From the NCBI GenBank assembly GCA_044866005.1, contig JBIOTN010000202.1, forward strand, positions 1-22,657: DNA of 22,657 nucleotides. Direction: 5' to 3'. Under the pieces are notes generated by a model. That model saw only the letters and a program-made list of their open reading frames with translations. It did not search any database and was not told the origin of the DNA. The stretch's first letter is position 1. Each line of letters opens with the position of its first letter. This DNA is from Candidatus Rokuibacteriota bacterium (lineage in GTDB: Bacteria; Methylomirabilota; Methylomirabilia; Rokubacteriales; DASRDR01). Both the position numbers and the translations under genes were made by a program. Below are positions 16,706 to 22,657 of the stretch, in pieces.

Positions 16706-17200
16706 TCACTCGGGGTGGTAGACCTGCATCATCGCGCGCAGGTCCTGACGGAGTTCCTCGAGCGTTGGGCGACCGACGAACCAGCCACCGTCGTAGACCT
16801 CGTGGATCACGAGATCCGGCCCCACTGAGAAGCTGTATGGGATCGCGATGCGGGGATGAGCTCGGTCGGTCTCGTCCACGATGTCTAGCTCGGTGACGGC
16901 CCGCCGGTCATGATCGCTCAGAAACGTGAACGTCGCGGCCAAGCCCGCGCGCAACGCCCCGCAGACCTCCGGGGCATCGGTGCTGATCACGGCGAGGTGG
17001 CAGTAGTTCACGTCCAGCTCGCGCTGCAGCTCCGTGAAGTGCCGTAACTGGCACTGGCACTTTGGTCACCAGTAGCCGCGGTAAAAGCTCACGATCAGCG
17101 GGAACCCGGCGGCGAGCTTGGAGAGCCTCACGGGCTCCCGCCGGTGATCGGGGAGCTCGAGATCGGGAAGGTGACCACCGACGACAAGGTCAGAACGCAT
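16706..17200 (-). CDS. AhpC/TSA (peroxiredoxin-like) redoxin, probable selenoprotein (U45 in UxxC)
   Basis: SD GAGGAGG plus ATG 17200 gives MRSDLVVGGHLPDLELPDH...IVSFYRGYW-TGA-PKCQCQL, continuing in frame into ORF 17011..16706 (ISTD, FTFLSD, GRPTLEEL). The TGA at 17068-17066 sits at the family's catalytic Cys position. Confidence 0.82.
17037..17065 (-). promoter_or_regulatory. Bacterial SECIS-like hairpin
   Basis: UGA-CCAAAGUGCCA-GUGCC[AGUUAC]GGCAC-UU. The stem starts 10-11 nt after the UGA, with G at loop position 2. Confidence 0.65.
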
Positions 17201-17412
17201 GTCTGCCTCCTCTGAAGGGCGTGGAGCACGCCAGGGCCGTGTCGCTCGCCCGTAGCCAGTCCTCGATCACCAGTCTTCACGGAATCGTGGGCGTCGCTAC
17301 CGCCAGGTCGGCCTCGCGGCCGAGTGCGTGGAGCGCACCCCCGACCCGGCCCGCTGGGCGCCCGGCAGGTCTTCTCGACCGGCCCGATCAGGACCGCCGG
17401 CCGGGGGTCGTC
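17190..17412 (-). pseudogene. Possible relic of a class I SAM methyltransferase C-terminus
   Basis: DDPRPAVLIGPVEK..RAPS and ADLAVATPTIP*RLVIEDWLRASDT resemble the VEKLRDPSH...F.DWL segments of YcgJ-like methyltransferases. Frameshifted, with an internal stop. Confidence 0.3.
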
Positions 17413-17478
17413 CCCCGCCCGGCGCCGACGCCGCCGGCGGCCGCTGACGGCGCCGGCGCGCGGGCGCGTGGCCCTGGT

Positions 17479-17683
17479 TCAGGCCGCAGCCGCGTCGGTC
17501 TGCCAGATGGCGAAGATGTTCCCCTCGGTGTCCCTCAGCTGCGCGAACCATCCCATTCCCGGCACTGGCCTCTTCGGCGCGACGACCTTCGGCTCCGAGC
17601 CGCTCCGCTCGCCGGACGAATTCGTCGACGCTCGCCACGCCGATGTAGTTGACGGGGGGTTGGCCCGGAAACATCCGAGGCAT
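17479..17683 (-). pseudogene. VOC/glyoxalase family, C-terminal half
   Basis: PVNYIGVASVDEFVRRAERLGA / KVVAPKRPVPGMGWFAQLRDTEGNIFAIWQ, joined across a 1-nt insertion. The N-terminal half is missing. Confidence 0.85.
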
Positions 17684-17710
17684 GCAGCGAGATCGACGGC
17701 TGCCGTGCGA

Positions 17711-18133
17711 CTATTTCTTCTTCGCGAGCTCCTTCTCCAGCTTGCGCGCGCGTTCGATCGCCTCGCTGGGAGCGAAGTCCTCCAGCTCGAACAGTTGGCG
17801 AATCTCGATCTCGCCTTCCTGTCCTTCGCCATGGGGAGCGGGGACGCGCTTGGCCCATTCGATCGCCTCTGCCTTCGACTTCACCTGGATCAGCCAGTAG
17901 CCGGCGATCAGCTCCTTCGTCTCGGTGAAAGGCCCGTCGACCACGGTGCGCTTCCCTCCGGAGAACTTGATACGCGCGCCCTTCGAGCTCGGTTGGAGCC
18001 CCGAGAGGTCGAGCAGCACGCCGGCTTTCGCCAGCTCCTCGTTGTACCTCGTCATCGCGGCAATGAGCTTCTCGTCTGGCATGGCGCCCGCTTCCGAGTC
18101 CTTGTTGGCCTTGACAATCATCATGAAACGCAT
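17711..18133 (-). CDS. YciI/DGPF family protein
   Basis: VVDGPFTETKELIAGYW...IEIRQ. Start is ATG 18133 after AAGGAG. Confidence 0.93.
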   Translation of the reverse strand: MRFMMIVKANKDSEAGAMPDEKLIAAMTRYNEELAKAGVLLDLSGLQPSSKGARIKFSGGKRTVVDGPFTETKELIAGYWLIQVKSKAEAIEWAKRVPAPHGEGQEGEIEIRQLFELEDFAPSEAIERARKLEKELAKKK

Positions 18134-18212
18134 CGTCCTGTCTCCTTCGGGTCTCGGGTTAAGCGCTGGCTTCGGATGGTCTCGACCGGCTGAACCCAGG
18201 CGCTGCTTACAC

Positions 18213-18239
18213 GACGAGCGAGGCTCTGCCATGTCGACA
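18213..18239 (-). promoter_or_regulatory. ECF42-type sigma promoter candidate
   Basis: TGTCGA(18239-18234)-17 nt-CGTC(18216-18213) upstream of a DGPF gene. Confidence 0.6.
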
Positions 18240-18313
18240 CGACCTCAGTCGTCCTGCTATGGCTGCCTGGACTTGTCCTCTCTCTGCCGCCCGGTCGGTC
18301 GCGGCCGCGTTGG

Positions 18314-18610
18314 CTAGCCGCCCGCCATGGCCCCCACGACCAGAAGAGGCTCCGCTCCCATCGTGACCGCGTCGGGCAGCGGGGCGTCCGGTGGTTCGTG
18401 GGACAGATCCTGCCCGCAGGCGAAGAACCTCAGGAACGCTCGGCGCTGTTGCGTGACCTGGTCGCGGATCGTCCCGCGCAGCATCGGATAGCGGGCCTCG
18501 AGCGCGTCGAGGACCGAGCGCTGCGTGGCCCGACCCTCGACCTCGAGCGTCACCTCGCCGTCGACGTGCGCCAGCGTCCGCAGATGCGCCGGGAGCACGA
18601 CTCGGATCAT
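18314..18610 (-). CDS. MoaD/ThiS-family ubiquitin-like protein
   Basis: [11 protein letters not shown]...AMAGG with a C-terminal GG. The ATG overlaps the upstream stop. Confidence 0.9.
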   Translation of the reverse strand: MIRVVLPAHLRTLAHVDGEVTLEVEGRATQRSVLDALEARYPMLRGTIRDQVTQQRRAFLRFFACGQDLSHEPPDAPLPDAVTMGAEPLLVVGAMAGG

Positions 18611-19725
18611 GGCAGCGTCTGGACTTCGACCGACACCACGGCCGGAAGATCTCGGACGATGGGCGCCCAGCTGCCCCCGGCGTCGGCCGATACGTAGACC
18701 TGCCCGCCGGTGGTCCCGAAGTACACGCCGCACGAATCGAGCGAGTCGACGGCCATCGCGTCGCGCAACACGTTGACGTAGCAGTCGCGTTGCGGCAGGC
18801 CTTTCGTGAGCGCTTCCCAGTCGTTTCCACCCGTCCGGCTGCGGTACACGCGCAGCCTCCCATCGGGCGGGTAATGCTCGGAGTCGCTCTTGATCGGGAC
18901 GACGTAGATGGTCTCCGGCTCGTGCGCGTGCACCTCGATGGGGAACCCGAAGTCGGTCGGCAAGTTACCGCTGACCTCCTGCCACGACTCGCCGGCGTCG
19001 TCGCTGCGCATGACGTCCCAGTGCTTCTGCATGAACAGCACGCCCGGACGCGACCGGTGCATCGCGACGCGGTGCACGCAGTGGCCGACCTCGGCGTTCG
19101 GGTCGGGAAGCTCGTACGGCGATCTCAGCCCGCGGTTCATGGGGCGCCACGTCTTGCCGGCGTCGTCGCTCCGGAACACGCCCGCCGCCGAGATCGCGAT
19201 GAAGAGGCGCTCGGGATGGCTCCCATCCAGAATGATCGTGTGCAGGCACATCCCACCAGCGCCCGGCTGCCAGTAGCGCCCTGATTCGTGGCCGCGCAGT
19301 CCGGGAAGCTCCTGCCACGTCTGCCCGCCGTCGATCGAGCGGAACAAGGCGGCGTCCTCAACCCCGGCGTAGAGCGTGTCCGGATCGCTCAGCGACGGTT
19401 CGAGATGCCAGACTCGCTTGAACTCCCACGGGCGCGGCGTGCCGTCGTACCACAGGTGAGTGCCGGGCGCGCCGTCGTACACGAACTTGTTACCCACCGT
19501 CTCCCACGTCTTGCCACCGTCGTTGGAGCGCTGGATCACCTGCCCGAACCAACCGCTGGACTGCGACGCATACAGCCGATTCGGGTCAGCAGGGGATCCC
19601 TTGAGGTGGTAGATCTCCCAGCCCCCGAAGTGGGGGCCATTGATGTCCCACCGTTCGCGCTTCGCGTCCGACGTCAGGACGAACGCGCCCTTGCGAGTCC
19701 CGACCAGTACCCGTACCCCGCTCAT
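18607..19725 (-). CDS. Asp-box (BNR) beta-propeller, sialidase-fold protein
   Basis: Six SxDxGxxW-type boxes ([48 protein letters not shown]) and no signal peptide. Confidence 0.9.
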   Translation of the reverse strand: MSGVRVLVGTRKGAFVLTSDAKRERWDINGPHFGGWEIYHLKGSPADPNRLYASQSSGWFGQVIQRSNDGGKTWETVGNKFVYDGAPGTHLWYDGTPRPWEFKRVWHLEPSLSDPDTLYAGVEDAALFRSIDGGQTWQELPGLRGHESGRYWQPGAGGMCLHTIILDGSHPERLFIAISAAGVFRSDDAGKTWRPMNRGLRSPYELPDPNAEVGHCVHRVAMHRSRPGVLFMQKHWDVMRSDDAGESWQEVSGNLPTDFGFPIEVHAHEPETIYVVPIKSDSEHYPPDGRLRVYRSRTGGNDWEALTKGLPQRDCYVNVLRDAMAVDSLDSCGVYFGTTGGQVYVSADAGGSWAPIVRDLPAVVSVEVQTLP

Positions 19726-19784
19726 CCCTCACTCCTTCCGGGCTTCGGCGTGAGCTCCGCGATCAACCGATCGGTCAACGTCAT
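19722..19784 (-). pseudogene. 20-aa minigene, probable internally deleted gene (DinB-like N-terminus)
   Basis: SD GAGGAG plus [20 protein letters not shown]. The stop overlaps the propeller ATG. Confidence 0.5.
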
Positions 19785-19814
19785 CGTCGCTCCTCACTAT
19801 GCCGCGGCATTGGG

Positions 19815-20219
19815 TCATCTCAATGGCCGAACGGGTGCCGCCAACCGCCGATCGACCAGATCCTGCGCCTCCTTCCATGCCGGGAACGCCCCTTCGAGCT
19901 TCCGGCGGCCGGCCGCCGTCAGCCGGAGCGGGCGCGCCCTGGCGTCGTCCGACCGAGCGGTACTCACCCAACCGTTTCGCTCGAGCAATGCCCCGATGCG
20001 CGTCAGTGTCGTGCGCTCCAGGCCGAGGGTTTGGGCCAGTTCCGTGACCGGCGTCGGCCCCTTGAGCGCCAGAGCGGCGAGGACGGAAAACTGGGTCGCG
20101 CGGAGTCCGTGCGGACGCAGCCGCCCCTCGAACAGACGGGTGATCGCCCGGGCGTGCCGGCGCGCGGCGAGACAGTGGCAGGCTCTGCAAGCGGACAGGT
20201 TGACAGGCGCGCGCATCAT
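19815..20219 (-). CDS. MarR-family regulator with an N-terminal CxxCxC
   Basis: CRACHCLAARRHARAITRLFE...GLRATQFSVL...LERTTLTR...LTAAGR. Start is 20219 or 20216. Confidence 0.9.
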   Translation of the reverse strand: MMRAPVNLSACRACHCLAARRHARAITRLFEGRLRPHGLRATQFSVLAALALKGPTPVTELAQTLGLERTTLTRIGALLERNGWVSTARSDDARARPLRLTAAGRRKLEGAFPAWKEAQDLVDRRLAAPVRPLR

Positions 20220-20227
20220 GCTGTTAC

Positions 20228-20259
20228 GTGCATATACACCCATCAGCCGCGCGTGTCAA
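20228..20259 (-). promoter_or_regulatory. marR1 promoter/operator
   Basis: TTGACA(20259-20254)-17-TATATG, overlapped by the near-palindrome GTGCATATACAC (20228-20239). Confidence 0.6.
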
Positions 20260-20271
20260 GAGCGCGGGTAC

Positions 20272-20307
20272 GGGGCACCCTGAACCGTGGGGGCACCCTG
20301 AACCGTG
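20272..20307. repeat. Perfect 18-bp tandem duplication
   Basis: GGGGCACCCTGAACCGTG x2. Confidence 0.95.
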
Positions 20308-20323
20308 CACGGATGATTCGCGT

Positions 20324-20364
20324 GAGACGTTAGCTCAGCCCGGTAGAGGTCCTGCCCTTCAAGC
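20324..20364 (+). pseudogene. tRNA 5'-half relic
   Basis: GAGACGT-TA-GCTC-AGCCCGGTA-GAGG-T-CCTGC-CCTTCAA-GC gives an acceptor 5' strand, D-arm and anticodon loop. There is no T-arm or 3' acceptor strand. Confidence 0.6.
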
Positions 20365-20416
20365 TCGCCGGACATAGCCCTCGGGCGCCCGAGAGGAGAT
20401 CACGCCGGCGACTGCC

Positions 20417-20941
20417 TCAACCGGGCCCCCGCCTCCGTGTTCCAGGTGCGCTGCTCGGCTGCGCCCGCCTCCGTCCGCGACTCTCGACGGCGACATCGAG
20501 CAAGTGGGCCAGCCGCCGCTTGGCGTCCGCCCAGGCCTTCGTCCCCAATTCGCGGAGTACCTTGTCCTGCGCCTGGGCCCAGAGCGGTCGCGCGACTTCC
20601 AGGGCTCTTCTCCCTTTGGATGTGGGCCTCACTGCCTTGATGCGCCCGTCGGGGTGCGGAACACGCTCGATCACGCCATCCCGCTCGAGGAGGTTGAGGC
20701 TGCGCGTCAGGGTCGTCTGGTCGATGGCGAGCGTGTCCTCGAGTTGCCTCAGGTTCGCCTCGCCCCGCCGGGCGAGGGTCGCGAGGATGCTGAACTGGGT
20801 CACCCGGAGACCGCTCGGCCGCAAGACGTCGTCGTAGAGCTGGGTCACGGCCCGGCTGACCATGCGGAGGGTGCTGCAGACGCAGGGGGACAGCCGTTCG
20901 GGATCCTGGCCGGTCGTCCGGATGGTCCCGCGTCGATTCAT
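20417..20941 (-). CDS. MarR-family regulator with an N-terminal CxC
   Basis: PCVCSTLRMVSRAVTQLYD...GLRVTQFSIL...IDQTTLTRSL...DGR. Confidence 0.92.
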   Translation of the reverse strand: MNRRGTIRTTGQDPERLSPCVCSTLRMVSRAVTQLYDDVLRPSGLRVTQFSILATLARRGEANLRQLEDTLAIDQTTLTRSLNLLERDGVIERVPHPDGRIKAVRPTSKGRRALEVARPLWAQAQDKVLRELGTKAWADAKRRLAHLLDVAVESRGRRRAQPSSAPGTRRRGPG

Positions 20942-20947
20942 GCCGTC

Positions 20948-21020
20948 ATGCTACCAGCGATCCCCTTGACAGGCAAGATCCTTGCATGTAGATACATGAT
21001 CATCCATGTATATACATGGA
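20948..21020. promoter_or_regulatory. Divergent marR2/MFS promoters with two operator palindromes
   Basis: Minus: TTGCCT-17-TAGCAT (20976-20948). Plus: TTGACA at 20966-20971. Palindromes: CATGTAGATACATG (20985-20998) and the perfect TCCATGTATATACATGGA (21003-21020). Confidence 0.8.
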
Positions 21021-21075
21021 GTAGCCGAATCCCGGCGGCTCCGGCAGGCGTCTGAAGGGGCAGGAGGAGCCCCCT

Positions 21076-22383
21076 GTGAATCGCAGTCGGACCGCCGCGG
21101 CTCCAACGCCGGAACGCCAGATCCACTTCGCCTGGATCGTGGCCGGGGTGGTGTTCGTCACCATGCTGGGCGCGGCGGGGATCCGTTCCGCGCCGGGCGT
21201 GCTCATGGTGCCGCTGGAGAAGGAGTTCGGGTGGACGCGCGCCACCGTCTCGCTGGCCGTCTCGGTCAACCTCGTGCTGTTCGGCCTGATGGGCCCGTTT
21301 GCCGCCGCCCTGGTGGACCGCTTTGGCGCCCGCCGGATCCTGCTGACGTCCCTCGCCCTGCTGGCGGCGGGCGTCTCGCTGACGACCCGGATGACCGAGT
21401 CGTGGCAGTTGGTGCTGCTGTGGGGCGTGCTGGTGGGCACCGGCACGGGCATGGTGGCGCTGGCCACCGCGGCGACGATCGTGAACAACTGGTTCGCCGA
21501 GCGGCGGGGCCTGGTGATGGGCCTGCTCACCGCCAGCAATGCCACGGGGCAGCTCATCTTCCTGCCCGTCATGGCCTACGTGGCGGAACATGCGGGATGG
21601 CGCGCCACGGTGGCGCTCGTGGCCGTGGGTGCCGCGGTCATGATTCCCGTCGTGTTCCTCTGGATGCGGAACCGGCCCGCGGACGTGGGCCTGCGGCCGT
21701 ACGGCGAATCGGGGGCCGCGCCCAGCGCGGTGTCCCCGGTTCGCAGGAATCCGGTCGTCACGACGCTGCGCGTGCTGGCCGCCGGCATGCGGTCGGGAGA
21801 CTTCTGGCTGCTGTTCGCCACGTTCTTCATCTGCGGGCTCAGCACCAACGGCTTGATCGGGACGCACTTGATCCCGGCCTGCGTCGATGCCGGCATTCCG
21901 GAAGTGCACGCGGCGGGCCTGCTGGCGGCCATGGGAGTGTTCGATCTGGCCGGCACCACGCTCTCCGGCTGGCTGTCCGACCGCTGGAACAACCGGTACC
22001 TCCTGTTCTGGTACTACGCGCTGCGCGGCCTCTCATTGATGTACCTGCCCTTCGCCCTGGACCAGGTGTTCTTCTTCGGGCTGTCCATCTTCGCCGTCTT
22101 CTACGGACTGGACTGGATCGCCACGGTGCCCCCGACCGTGCGGCTGACCACGGACCTGTTCGGCAAGGAAAACGGCAGCATCATGTTCGGCTGGATCGTG
22201 GCCGGGCATCAGATCGGGGCCGCCACGGCGGCACTCGGCGCGGGCACGCTGCGCACCGTGCTGGGCACCTACGAGCAGGCGTTCCTCTTGGCCGGGGGCC
22301 TCTGCGTCCTGGCGGCCCTGCTGGCCCTGCGCATCGGAATGGGCGCCCGTCGGCAACGGCAAGTGGCGGCGGTCACGGCGTAA
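21076..22383 (+). CDS. MFS transporter
   Basis: About 12 TM helices with DRFGARR, WFAERRGL and GWLSDRW. SD GGAGGAG precedes the GTG start. Confidence 0.93.
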   Translation: MNRSRTAAAPTPERQIHFAWIVAGVVFVTMLGAAGIRSAPGVLMVPLEKEFGWTRATVSLAVSVNLVLFGLMGPFAAALVDRFGARRILLTSLALLAAGVSLTTRMTESWQLVLLWGVLVGTGTGMVALATAATIVNNWFAERRGLVMGLLTASNATGQLIFLPVMAYVAEHAGWRATVALVAVGAAVMIPVVFLWMRNRPADVGLRPYGESGAAPSAVSPVRRNPVVTTLRVLAAGMRSGDFWLLFATFFICGLSTNGLIGTHLIPACVDAGIPEVHAAGLLAAMGVFDLAGTTLSGWLSDRWNNRYLLFWYYALRGLSLMYLPFALDQVFFFGLSIFAVFYGLDWIATVPPTVRLTTDLFGKENGSIMFGWIVAGHQIGAATAALGAGTLRTVLGTYEQAFLLAGGLCVLAALLALRIGMGARRQRQVAAVTA

Positions 22384-22462
22384 CGCCGCTCGGAACGTCC
22401 ACATGGCCATCGACGACGGGCTGATCGGCGTGCGGGGTACGGTCCTTCCGACGAGGCCTCCG

Positions 22463-22657
22463 ATGGAAAGGAGCGCCGTCGGGTCTGCCACCGTCGCGCC
22501 TGCCGTCAGCGCGTCCGTCGCGCGCCCGGCCGCCGATCGCACCCGCCTGCTCCTCGAGGGCCCGATCGCGCGGACCCTGCTGCGCCTGGCCGCGCCCAAC
22601 GTCGTCGTCATGGCCGTCCAGGCGGCGGTGAACGCCGGCGAGGCCTACTTCCTGGGC
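22463..22657 (+). CDS. MATE-family efflux transporter (5' part; runs off the window)
   Basis: RTRLLLEGPIARTLLRLAAPNVVVMAVQAAVNAGEAYFLG is a typical MATE N-terminus. An in-frame ATG at 22403 is an alternative start. Confidence 0.85.
   Translation, partial: MERSAVGSATVAPAVSASVARPAADRTRLLLEGPIARTLLRLAAPNVVVMAVQAAVNAGEAYFLG

Noticed and set aside
17277..17279. A second in-frame TGA upstream of the redoxin as Sec
   Set aside because: It lies in a frameshifted relic, not at a Cys-equivalent position, and has only a weak hairpin.
20272..20307. CRISPR array
   Set aside because: Only two adjacent copies, with no spacers and no cas genes.
20351..20368. tRNA-Sec or opal suppressor (CTTCAA loop)
   Set aside because: The TCA register has no supporting anticodon stem, the D-arm is canonical rather than Sec-type, and there is no 3' half.
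227..22611. Numerous long antisense or alternate-frame ORFs (e.g. 227..1270, 5830..7680, 8746..10119, 21006..22424)
   Set aside because: They are expected shadows of high-GC coding sequence and show no motifs.

Overview
Very GC-rich bacterial chromosomal DNA (roughly 70% GC by eye, not computed). The gene style resembles Rokubacteria/Methylomirabilota, but that is an inference. Left part: a probable 6S-like structured RNA (about 18-180, minus), a cupin dioxygenase-like gene, a small membrane protein, an O-methyltransferase, a TMD-only ABC protein coupled to a secreted protein, and a six-gene minus-strand chromate operon (chrB, chrA, MFS, ChrB-C-only, DUF1259, ArsC/LMW-PTP::DUF1080 fusion) with an inverted-repeat operator. 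Middle: a PAS-PAS hybrid histidine kinase, then about 4 kb of decayed genes (hicB/hicA, LigD phosphoesterase and ligase relics, MBL hydrolase, methyltransferase, VOC). A few small genes there remain intact, three of them behind sigma54-type boxes. The main hidden feature is an AhpC/TSA (peroxiredoxin-like) gene at 17200-16706 that the ORF track truncates. It has an in-frame TGA at the catalytic Cys position (W-U-P-K-C) followed by a SECIS-like hairpin, so it is probably a selenoprotein. Right part: a YciI/DGPF gene with an ECF42-type promoter, an Asp-box beta-propeller plus MoaD/ThiS pair, two CxC MarR regulators sharing an operator motif, a tRNA 5'-half relic, an MFS transporter and the start of a MATE transporter. 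No database searches or folding programs were run; all family calls come from recognising motifs.
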